The notes under the pieces were generated by a model. That model saw only the letters and a list, made by a program, of their open reading frames with translations, searched no databases and was not told where the DNA came from. DNA of 63,945 bases, the filler included, from Atractiella rhizophila (Eukaryota): NCBI GenBank assembly GCA_021432655.1. It is 7 parts of 7 records of this genome, joined end to end, with 100 filler letters (N's around TTAATTAATTAA, not from the genome) between each part and the next. Parts side by side here need not be neighbours in the genome. Positions count along the whole stretch, not along the records: positions 49,301 to 51,276 come from MU271363.1; positions 51,377 to 57,248 come from MU271369.1; positions 57,349 to 60,163 come from MU271382.1; positions 60,264 to 62,710 come from MU271386.1; 3 more parts are not named here. One strand, written 5' to 3'. This document shows, piece by piece, positions 49,301-60,807 of the stretch (the first letter of the stretch is position 1; the number at the start of each line of letters is the position of its first letter). Made by a program: the position numbers and the translations under genes.

Positions 49301-50760
49301 GATCCACGCAAGAACATCTGTGGTACCAATGTCTGTGCATGGGCAAGAACGCAGATGTCATTATCAAGATCCTACAGTATCGTCTAGAGTCACGAAACTG
49401 CAATAGTCGCTGCTGGTACGTCTCCACCTCTCCTCTCTCGTCTCGCTTGCTAAAGAAAATGAACATAGTTTGACACAAAGTCATCCACTCAAGAAGGGAG
49501 ATCGCGTCGCATTTGAGCCTGGAGAGAGACTCTTAGGACATGTCATGACTGCAAGCGGGAAGGTATGAGCTATGCCCTTCCATCAAGTTCGTCGTGACCC
49601 CGCCTTTCGTGAGTATTCCTCTTCCTTCTGTGGTACATGTTTGGGTTCTAACTCATTGGATGGCAGGACGGAACTCTCCGCGGGTCTACGAGCTCCAAGG
49701 CGACCTGTACGATCTGTCCCTCCCGTCTACTCCTCTCTCCGATCGCTAACTTTGACTTATCATGTCTGCAGTAGAAGCGCCTACACTTCCGGATGTGCTT
49801 TTGATTCCCTGCTCGCAGGGATTATCTTGTAAAACAACACCGACTGGACGGAACGTTTCCTAGAAGAATGAGCGATGGTCGAACCGCTCTCCGTGGCTGT
49901 TCAAAGCGTGGGACGTATCAATGGATGAAAGCTGGGTTGAACGTCGCCATCTGCGGGTCCATCTTCCTCGCCCTTCTCCTCCTCCACCGGTAAAAGAAAA
50001 CAATACTAACGGTGTTGTGAAGAGCTGATCTGTAGGAACCCTCGCACAGGCGGTTGCGAAGGCCATTGCCGCTAGAACGATAATCGCCGTCGAGATTCAA
50101 GAGCGGTAGGATCACTTTGGCGAACAAAGGCGTGGGATCGAAGTTCATGCCCCCCAGACGTGCGTCCAACTCTAACGTCTCTTATGCATGACTTGTCTCA
50201 TGTTTCCGTTTCTTTTTGACTGTCGTGTTTTTGCGTTTGTGGTTTCGCGAAGGAGGGAGAGCAGAAGATAGCGTACTCGAGGACGACCACGAGGATCATG
50301 AACAGGAGTTCAAGGTTGCATACTACGGATTGGAGGGTATCGACCTCCCCGTAGACAATACGGGAGGTGTGGACCAGGAGAATGGGTCTCGTTCCCCGTT
50401 CCAACCTCGACATCCCAGCACAACATTTTATAAGCCGGGAGTAGGCGCTCGTATGTCTTAGGCGGTATGTTACCGCTCCTTCATGTGCCATATATATATG
50501 GGCAGAGAGTTGAGGTGAGTTTCGAGGAGACCGTATCCACCTCAAGCGCGGAGAGTCATGTAGGATGTGCTACGAATCCAACGCGGGAAGGTGCGAGCTC
50601 TGTCCCTTCATCGAATTCCCCGCTACTTTTCCTTCCGTGAACTTTCCCTCTTCCTTCTCTCTCCTTTTCGTGGTACGCAACTTCGTGCTGACTTGATTGG
50701 TTCGCAGGGCGGTCGCTGCGAGACTACAGACTATGGCAAGACTTGTACATTATTTTACAA
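49301..50760 (+). pseudogene. Zn-dependent polyol (xylitol/sorbitol) dehydrogenase pseudogene
   Basis: Broken motifs LKKGDRVAFEPG, CHDCK..YELCP..F..TPPF/DGTL, LEE*AMVEPLSVAV (TGA 49869-49871), VAKAIAARTIIAVEI; several stops and frameshifts. Confidence 0.75.
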
Positions 50761-51819
50761 TACCCCTCCGCTCTCCAAACGCTGACTTATCTTGTCCGTG
50801 ATGACAGAGCCCACAGATTTCCCGATGTACATTCCAGGTCCCCTACTCTCGTCGAATATGTCGTATGGCTGCTGGTGTGACAACAGAACGTCTCCGTAGA
50901 TGAAGGGTTCCATGATCTAACTGCTCTCCGTGATCCTTCAAAGCCTAACACGTATCGGAGTATGAAAGCAAAATTGAAGGTTGAACTTTACCTTCGTCGG
51001 GTTCATCTCCCTCCCTTTCTCTTATACCCTTCGAATAAAAGTCAATACGCGCCAACTTGTGTTGTGAACAGCCGATCCAAGAGTGCTACTCGCACAGGCA
51101 GTCGCGAAGCCGTTAGGTACTTGAAGGATAAAGCTGTCGATATTTAGGAGCGTAGGCTAGCTTTCGCAAACAAGTACGTGGGGTTGGAGACTTTCGTTCC
51201 TCCCAAATGTGTGTCGACCTCTAGCCTCTCTCATGCGCGTTCTGTCTGACGTTTCCGTTCCTTTTACGAGAACAGGNNNNNNNNNNNNNNNNNNNNNNNN
51301 NNNNNNNNNNNNNNNNNNNNTTAATTAATTAANNNNNNNNNNNNNNNNNNNNNNNNNNNNNNNNNNNNNNNNNNNNCTCCAGAGGTTCGTGTTCACTTGA
51401 TTAATACATGACCTGATCTTCTGCATGCAAACACACCCTCATCGTATCACTGAAACTCTTTAGATTCAGATCCACTATATCCCTCAACATTTTCCTCATT
51501 CTTCTTCAAATTCTTCTTATTTTCCATCTCAATCCGCCTCGTACAATCAACTGTGCAGCACAGCATTCACCCAGCCTCCGCTCCTGCCCCGTTCGAGCTG
51601 TCAACATCAATTTCTGACATTCTCAGATCTCATCAAAGTGGAACGACTGCCTGCCTTATAAAGGAGGCTACAGCAAAGGCAGCTATTCTTCTTTTCCTCT
51701 GGGAAGCCAGCACGCTGAGTAATGCACACTTTTAGAACAACTGGAACGATTTCAAATTACGCTCAAGTGCATTCACATCCAACAGCTACATGACACGCTG
51801 AAGTGCGACATAGGAAAAT

Positions 51820-54800
51820 AAACCATGTCCTCCTTCCTCCCACGACGATCGACCACCTCTCCCACTCGTCCGCCGACCGCTCTCAAACGCCAATCCTCCC
51901 TCCCGATGTCTTGTGCCTCGACTTTTCTAGTAGAGACCACTGTAGTTGTACTAGCTGCTGCTGTAACTACGCTAATAGTTCGCACCTCTTCGCTTCTGCC
52001 GTCTTTAGTCGAGCTTTACCCTTCCGGAGCTAAAACTACGAGACTTATTAAAGTTCAGGCTTTTGGACTTTCTCACCCTTCCGCTCTTAATACCGCCCTT
52101 CTTCTTCGTCTTCTAAACCTAGCTTGGAAGTTTCGCTCTCTCCTTCCAGTTGATGAGGTAACTGCCAATGATGGCTCTGAACTTCCCGCCACCAAGACCA
52201 TGTGGACGTCTCGGGCCTCTCCAGTTCTTCTCTCCAGGATCCTAAGGGTTTCGCGAGTTCGTCGTCCGATGCATGTAATAAAGAGTAGAAGCACTGACAT
52301 TTTTATGAAGCGAGTATATACGCGCACTGACTGTCCCGGCTGAAGGTTAAAAAGGGGAGGGCCAAGTAGCTCGAAGTACTTTTCCTCTACTTAACCCAGG
52401 ACCACGCGAAAAGAGGTAGAGGTAAGGTTTAGTAGAGAATGCATGCCGACCGTCTTTAGTGTTTTGATACACCAAGGAGGCTTTGTCCGTCTCCTTCCGT
52501 ACTGACGGCTGCTACGTCTTCGCGTTGCAGTTCGCCTCGTTCGGTTTTAGCTGTTACCAAGCGAAAGAGGAAAAGTCTTTGAAGTCGCACGAGTTAGTGA
52601 CACATCGACTTGGCGAATGCCTCCGCCTTCTCCGTCTCTTCCTCCTAAACCGTAGAGACCCGAAGGGGTCAACCTTGTTCGCTCTGAAGGTTCGGAAATA
52701 GTCTCCTAGACTCTACGTACCGTTCACGCACCGGGTGGGAATGGACGAGAGGCGACGACCTTTACGTAACAACTAAGCAACCGAATCCCTGCGTACCCTC
52801 GACTAACGCTGCCTCAAGTTATGGTTAGGCTTCTGCCGCCTTCTCTAACTCCTCATACGCTTGCACAAGACCCTGGCCATAGTACTCTAACTCCCAGACA
52901 GAGAGGGAGATTGAAAGTTAACTTTCTGCACCAACTTGCCTTACCCACTCTTGTCCTGTGCTCCGGAACTAACGTTTCTAGGTTCGAAGCCTTCTCTTCG
53001 CTCGGCTCGCTCAAGACGTAAAGTCGATAGAGGTTCTGTTCTAACTTTCGTGGTTTGTAGGCAATGTTGTCGAAAGCTAAGGGATACGCGGTGTTGTCTT
53101 TCCGTTCAGCATGTGGCTCCTTCTCCTAGCTAAGTATGAGCAGTTGAAAACGTTCATGTTCCTGCTCTTCCTAAACCGCATGCTGGAGTAGGCCTCCCTG
53201 TAAAGCCTGACCGGGCGGAAGTCCAAGCTGACCAAGTAGTTCTCGTCCTGCAGCCTCCTCTAGTTCTCCGCCACGTGAAGCGACAACGTCTACTAACACT
53301 TCCGCTTCCTCCTCCTCCTCCCGGACCCTCGCCTACCCTTCTCGTTCCGACATCCCGGGCCTTCCTTCTCCTTCTAGCGCCTGCTGCTGCTGCCTCTCTC
53401 CCGAGGTTGCGGCCAACCACCACACTTCGCCTTCTCCCCTCCCTTCTTCATCTATAAAGGAAAGTAACCTAAGCGCAAAGACAAGTATAATAGGAAAAGG
53501 CGAACCACGTTAGTCGTACAGTACAGACAAGTAAGTATTCCTACGTACACACCTTAACTTATGTCTGATCATCGTGTCTAACTACTTGCCTTTCTCCTTG
53601 CTACACTGTCCACTTCACAGGTAGGCACCCATAGGGTTTTCGTTTTCAAAGGGAAGGGTAAGTGGCTAAATTTCTAGTGTCTTAACTGGATAGCTGAAGG
53701 GTTGAAGAAGGAGGTTAGGCTTTACTTATCAGGGCGTGGGAATTAGAACGAGCAGTAGGTGCCGACAATAGGAGCAGTAGAGAACGGTTTTTATTTATCG
53801 TTTCCTCGTTTCTGCATGTGGCTGCCTATGCGGTTTGTGGTAGGGCGACGGTGGAAACCCAGGTAACACTGTCGGTACTGCTAGCCCGGGAGGAAGGTGA
53901 GGAAGCCAGACAAGGGAGGGTAGGGTCAAGGAGGTCTTCTCTCCCTCTACGCAACCTCCTACAATACACGCTGCTAGCCACGCACGGACCTGGGCAAGCG
54001 CATGCAAAAGTCAAGCCCGCATAGCGTCGACAGCGTGTACCTCAGTAGTCGTAACGCTCTTAAGTTGTACCCTGCTCTCTACCTCTCCTCTTCTGTCTCC
54101 CTCTGAGTGCGCAGGGGCTAGCGCATCTACCGGAGCAACTGAGGCGAGTTGACGTTGCTTCCGCTTTGAACGTGGAAAGGCGATCCACACTACGGTCGGC
54201 ATGAAAAGCAGCTCAAGGGGTTCCAGGAATTGTCGAGGAAGCGGCTTGGCCTTCCAGACAAGGGACATCGTTCCTTTTATTTTAGGCCAAATTACAAGAG
54301 TGGGCGGGATCACCACTTCCAGAATAGTACATGGCACGGGCAGGCTTTGGGGGATTGTAGCTGGAGAAGTAATTTCTCATTAGCCTAAGGGGCAAGAACT
54401 TCAACAGAGACCTCCCTTCGGCGATCCCGTCCAAACACCAGCTTCCGCCCCTCTCCTCCCTTCTCCTCCGCCTCTACTCACACTCTGCAAACCTACCCAC
54501 CATCCTGCTGTGAAGCGGTCGCTTGAGCTAGCGTTGACCTGGCGGTGGCTAATAATCTACACAACTCGGCGAACCTAGACTGCAACGCAGAGCCGCTTCT
54601 CGCGAAACTACGGAAGCTAACTTCCTGTCCTCCCTGTCCCTGCTGTACCCTTTCCCATCCGACGAGGGACTAGTATGTTTGCAGTCGTACCAGATAGTCA
54701 AGAAGTTGTGTCTATCAACCTCAATCGTTCATCCACCTTCTTCCTACTTCAAAGCTGTCCCAATCTCACTGTTCTATCCACGTTGAACCTTATACTAACC

Positions 54801-55457
54801 TCACCTTTCCAACAGTTTCCCCTTCTTTTTTTATCTGTCTCATTTGTTCATTGTTTACAATTTTACTTCATCCTTGTGAGTGTCATCGGTTTTGGTTGTG
54901 TAGGGTGAGCTAGGTGACAGGTTTGAGTCGCAGTTTGGGCGACAGGTAGTAGAGGGAGCGGTGGCGTAAGCAGACAGGCATGGAGAGGTGGGAGTGGGGG
55001 CAGGAGCAGTGGAGGTGGCGGAAGCAAGGCGAGTTGTTGTGCACTCCGTCTGGATCGGTCCTACCTCAAAAACCTAACCTCCCCCTTCTCCTACGCCAGA
55101 AGGGTACGACCCTGGACACAGTGTAGCTGGTAGGAATAAAATCTTGAACTTGAACGTATCAGGACATACCTTCTTTCTTAGCTTCCATACGAGTAGACCA
55201 TACATCATACGTATGCTAGAGAGTACACTTTTTCCATCCAGAGCGTTACGTCGTTCTGCTTTTCTACTTTTCTTTCGTTCTTTCTTTCCCACTGTCTCTC
55301 TGCATGCTGTCGTCGAGCGTTCCTGGGTTATCCGGTTTTTCGTATAAGCAAGACAAGTTGCTGATGCTAGGATACGCAGCCGCCCTCGAATAAGAACTCA
55401 CGTACATACTCGAGCTACCTACTCCCTGGCTCCGGATACTACTCCTACAACGCCATT
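51820..55457. repeat. Decayed TpA-rich TE relic tract (RIP-like)
   Basis: Low-complexity Pro/Ser-rich pseudo-ORFs riddled with TAG/TAA/CTA; no recognisable domain. Confidence 0.55.
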
Positions 55458-55723
55458 NNNNNNNNNNNNNNNNNNNNNNNNNNNNNNNNNNNNNNNNNNN
55501 NNNNNNNNNNNNNNNNNNNNNNNNNNNNNNNNNNNNNNNNNNNNNNNNNNNNNNNNNNNNNNNNNNNNNNNNNNNNNNNNNNNNNNNNNNNNNNNNNNNN
55601 NNNNNNNNNNNNNNNNNNNNNNNNNNNNNNNNNNNNNNNNNNNNNNNNNNNNNNNNNNNNNNNNNNNNNNNNNNNNNNNNNNNNNNNNNNNNNNNNTGAG
55701 GGAAGGACGGAAGGAGTGGACGC

Positions 55724-57248
55724 ACCAGTCGCTGTCGTACAACACGACAATATCCGCAGTAGTGAGATTGATCCCCAGTCCTCCGGCCCTCGTTGTGAGC
55801 AGAAAGACAAACTTCTCGGACCCAGGGGCATTGTACTCGTCTATCGCACGCACACGGTCCTCGTGGGCTGTTGACCCGTCTATTCGGCAGTACGCTACAA
55901 GCCATTGGTCGATCAGTAATAGTATCTTGGAAGGAGATGCAGTATAGAGCACTTACCATATTCGCGCAAGTAGAGGTAGTCTTCGAGTATGTCGAGCACT
56001 CGTGACATTTGAGAAAAGATGAGGACTCGACTGCCTTTCTCTTTCATGCTCTTGAGAAGTTTGTCCTACCCAAATAAGGTCGCATCATCAGTCAGCAGTG
56101 ATGAATTAGGGGAAAGAGAGAGTACGAACGAGAATAACCATCTTGCCAGAATTAGTAATGAGGTGTTCTCCCACCTCATACGGTGGACCAGGTTCGGCAC
56201 CATCGAACAGATACGGGTGATTACAAGCCTTCCTGAGCTGCATGACGACATTCAACAATCTTGTCTTCCCCTCCTTCTTCCCCGTCACACCATTAACAGC
56301 ATCGATATCCTTCTCCAAGATCATCTTATACCATTTCCTCTGCATCTCGCTCATGCCCACATATACATTGATCTCCTTCTTCGGCAATAAGCTCTTCTCC
56401 ACGTCGCTCTTCACACGTCGTAGCAAGAAAGGACGGAGAACGGCGTGCAATTGCTTGACCACGGATGATTGAGCTGCTTCGTCCGCCGCTGCAGTGGCTT
56501 CTTTCGATGATGCTGAGGCGGAGGCACCGGCACCTTCAACACCTTCCATTGGGGCTAGGCCGTCAGCAGTTGATGAGGCGACCGTGGTTTGAGCAACCTT
56601 GTCCTTTTGCTGTACGAACCAAGAATCGAAATCTTCGACGGAGGAGAAGACGTCCGGCAGGAGGAAACTATTTCCATCCAATACGTCTCAATATGCCGTC
56701 ATCGCAGGGAGGAGTCGGAGAGATAGGTAGGATACGTACTTCAAGAGAGCCCACAGCTCCTTCATGTTATTCTGCAAAGGCGTCCCCGTAACCAAGAGCC
56801 TATTCCTGCTCCAAAACAGTCGCACGATCTGACTTAACATCGAATCGACGTTCTTGATCCTATGCGCCTCGTCAATGACGATATATTCCCATGTCAGCCG
56901 CTTGAGTGAATTCTTCTCCCGCAGACAAATCTCGTAAGAGGTGATGAGGACGTTGAAATCTGCGGTAGGGGTACAGATTTTCGACGAGAGGATTTCCGCC
57001 TACATGAAGGTCCATCAGTGATGACTCTCAAACATACAGAGAATGGAATGGGAAGAAACTGACCCGCTCTTCCTTCGTTCCCTTCAGCACTTCCACCTTC
57101 AACTCAGGTATCCAAGTTCCAAATTCGCGCTTCCAATTGTCGAGGGTAGACTTTGGTACGACGACGAGATGAGGACCGGGTATGTCTTTGTAGAAGAGGA
57201 GGTAACCGAGGAAGGAAATGGTTTGCAAAGTTTTCCCCAAGCCCTGTC
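55724..57248 (-). CDS. ISWI-family chromatin remodelling ATPase, internal fragment
   Basis: [88 protein letters not shown]. Confidence 0.93.
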
Positions 57249-57348
57249 NNNNNNNNNNNNNNNNNNNNNNNNNNNNNNNNNNNNNNNNNNNNTTAATTAA
57301 TTAANNNNNNNNNNNNNNNNNNNNNNNNNNNNNNNNNNNNNNNNNNNN

Positions 57349-57980
57349 CAGTAGATATTAAACTAGACTTGACATTATATGGGCTAGAGGACACCTAAGC
57401 TCGGTGACTTAGTTCGCTAGTAACTACGGTAGGTGTAGGTGTAAGAAACGACGATCTTAGTACGCTTGGGCCTTCATAAGAACTTCCTTCGAGTCTCGTC
57501 CCTATAAAGCATCTCTTAGATCAACAGACATTTAACTCGCGTTGTCTGGTAGATCAGGAAGCACCCTACCTTATTATCTAGGTAGACCATAACAATTCCG
57601 AGGTGTAGGTAACAGACTGCCTAATAGTCACTCTGGTAAAGGTTGTAGTTCCTCGGTGACCCTTTTAGACCAACGTACGACTTTAAGCCGACCTCAGTAA
57701 AGGACAACCGGAGCTTCTTCCGCGTATAACCAAAAGTTTCCGTCCTGAACTTGTAAGCCGGTCTTCATTCTTAATTACTACGTCCGTAGGTGTTAGACTC
57801 GAGCCGAAGGTAAACCGTGATGGCCTTCTGTGACAGACGGTAGAGGACACTTGTCATACAATTATTTCTTGATGAATTTCCCTTCATAGTATGGTGTTTT
57901 TTGGTATTCACAAGGAGGTTTACCAGAACTTAGGAAAAATTCCAGGACGGGGTTGGCTAGGTGTGTCGACTGCCTCTCCG
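57349..57980. repeat. Decayed TpA-rich tract (RIP-like)
   Basis: Hand count at 57361-57480: 15 TA vs 5 AT; CA+TG 9 vs AC+GT 20. Confidence 0.55.
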
Positions 57981-58009
57981 CTAGTGAGTATTACCGAAGT
58001 AGGGTGTCC

Positions 58010-58803
58010 TATGAGGGAGATCTCAGCAATCGCTTCTCTGTTGAGTACCTGAATACCCTGGAGATCTCTGGATTCCCTTCACATCGTTTACACCTCAAGA
58101 TCGGTGCACCCATCATTCTTCTGCGAAATCTCAATCCATCTGCTGGCCTGTGCAATGGCACACGCCTCATAGTCACTCAGCTTCTCCGGCGAGTCATCGA
58201 AGCAACCATCATTACGGGTGCACACAGTGGTGAATCAGTTCTCATTCCTCGAATCGGCATTGACAGTGTAGTATCAAACCAGCTTCTTTTTCAATTCCGG
58301 CGCTTTCAATTCCCCGTGCGCTTAGCGTTTTCCTTAACCTGAATAAAGCGCAAGAACAATCTGTTGGACATGTGGGTTTGTACTTAGAGTCTTCTCCTTT
58401 CTCTCATGGGCAGCTTTATGTTGGTCTTTCACGGGTTTCAAACACGAACAATTTACGAGTATTGGTCAAAACAAAGCAAGGAGAGGAAAACAAGCAAACA
58501 GATAATGTAGTTTACAAAGAAGTGTTACGAGTACTCAATCATTGATCATCTCTTAGCATGTTCCTAACAGTATAGTCAAAAGCTGAAGTGGTTCTCCGAG
58601 GTATGAGGAGACCACTCAGCTTCTCATTGTTTTTTGAAGACAGTAGAGTACATATGGAGAGTGTGTGCTCGCCGAAGGCGATGCCGCACGCAGTGGCTGC
58701 CAGAGGCAAGAGCTCCAGGCAGTGGCCGCCAGAGGCTGGGGTCCAAGGGGCGAAGCCCCTGGCGGGAAGGGATGCCCGAGGGACGAGGGCACTGACACAC
58801 TTG
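58010..58803 (+). mobile_element. Helitron 3' part: PIF1-like RepHel helicase C-terminus (stop 58545, one frameshift near 58340) plus 3' terminus
   Basis: EYLNTLEISGFPSHRLHLKIGAPIILLRNLNPSAGLCNGTRL, QFPVRLAFSLT.NKAQ.QS, FSHGQLYVGLSRV, TDNVVYKEVL; hairpins GGGGCGAAGCCCC (58747-58759) and TGCCC-N9-GGGCA (58773-58791); ends CTTG|T. Confidence 0.9.
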
Positions 58804-60807
58804 TTCTGACCAAAACACAGGACGACACACCTGTTTCAAACCGAAATTTCTCCTCCCTTACCCATTCTCCCCCTTAGCTGTATGGCAGCCTAATAGTCCA
58901 GACAGCTCCGTCGCAAGCTTGCCCCCCTGGCAACCCGTGTCAACTTCGTTTTGGGAGTTTGGGAGGTTTTGTGAGTTTTTGGAGGAGGGTCCCAAATTTG
59001 TCCTAAAGGTACCAAAAAATGAGACTTATTGGGATGGTTTGGGAAAAGCTTGGAGGTGCTTAGTTACGGTTTTGGAAACGTTCAGGGCTTTTTGGGATAG
59101 TTTGGAACGAGGTACATCGAGACACTGTTTAGGAATGGAATACATATTCTTTGATTATTATCGCAAAGTAAACATAATTGAGGCACTTGAATGGTTCAGG
59201 TTAGATGGGACCGATCCTCACAGTGGCTTTTGCTTTTGCCAACCAGATCTGTGAAACACGTTAGAACTGGTTAACTAAGGACATCAAACGCAAACTGACC
59301 TTCTTATCATTCCCAGAAAGCTTGCTATATTCAATCTAAGATCCTTCCTAAAGCTAGGAGGAAGTGTGGAGTTAGTGTTCTCTTTTCTTCACTCATCCGT
59401 CTTGTGTTGAATGAACACATTCCTAATCCACAATGAGCCAGATCAATAACATAGGCAGTCAATGTGAGAAAGGAACAAACAAGCCAGGTTTCCCACCCCG
59501 CTTGTCAGACATCGCAGCGGTAGAGGGCACCACTGGGTTCTTCAGCAAGAGTGCGCATCAGTGGGAATCTGCCGTTAAACATTAGCGGGAAGTAGAAAAC
59601 AATAGGAAACCCCACTGGAATATTTAGCATGTTGATCTCATGGCTGGTAGGCGTAGCGAAGGCTGCAACGGGCAGCACAGTAGTAGTCCTATCGGTTTGC
59701 TGTGTGCGGCGAGCTCCAAACGACCGCATGGGGAGAGGCGATGCCATTTGGGAATGCTTGTGATGATAATGGAGAACCTCTGCAGAGACAACTTGTCAAG
59801 ACTTAGTACTATATAAAACCAGAAGTGCACATACCACTGGACACAATTGCTCGTGTCGGACGAAAGCCTGCAACGTGTCCCATTGTAAGGTGAGACTGCT
59901 ACATAGCAACTAAAATGGACTGACCTACTTGACCTGACAGCTCACCCTGTGATTGCTCAGTCGCTTTCAAGTTGTTCCGATTTGGCGCTGCATTGTGATC
60001 CAGTGCCGGAAGGATATCTAGGGATTTTCATCATACTTAAGCCAGTGCAGTTGGGATACCTTGTGAATTGAGACTTAAGTGCATGGTTTGTGGTAGTCAG
60101 ATTAGGTGCTGATCTTGTCTCCATGTTTAAAGGCACGTCCTTTGATATCGAGTTCAGTCAGAGNNNNNNNNNNNNNNNNNNNNNNNNNNNNNNNNNNNNN
60201 NNNNNNNTTAATTAATTAANNNNNNNNNNNNNNNNNNNNNNNNNNNNNNNNNNNNNNNNNNNNGAGGGGGAGGGCGAGCGACGACGAGACATTTCTGAAA
60301 TCACGATTCTACTTTTTTGACGATGTCCCAATGCTGCTTCCAACAATGACCCCAAAGACCCCTGCAATCCCTAAAGGGAATCCAAAATGATAATACCAGT
60401 GATAATATCGATACTGCCAACGATAAAGAAGTGGATGTCAGCGATGGAGGGGGCTGCTGGGAGGGGTGAAAGGGAGGGAGATGGTGGATGAATAGCATGA
60501 GGAAGTGAGAAGGGACAAGGACAAGGCCTTTGAGGCTGGAGAAGCGTGATTTGTTTGGAGATCGAATCAATTTCCAGAAGCAGAACAAAGGAAACCTTAT
60601 TCTTTTGTTGCTAAACTGTAACCTAAACTTAAAACTCAACTGCATTACGTAAATTAACCTTGTGTATCTTCAAACACGTGCATGATCTACACTTGCAAAT
60701 AGCTCCAAATGTTATGTGATCTCTAATTTCCAACTTTAATCTATCCCAAGTGCAATATTACACCACCCGTATTTACTGCGCAATATTGTTGTTATTGCAG
60801 GAAGAAC

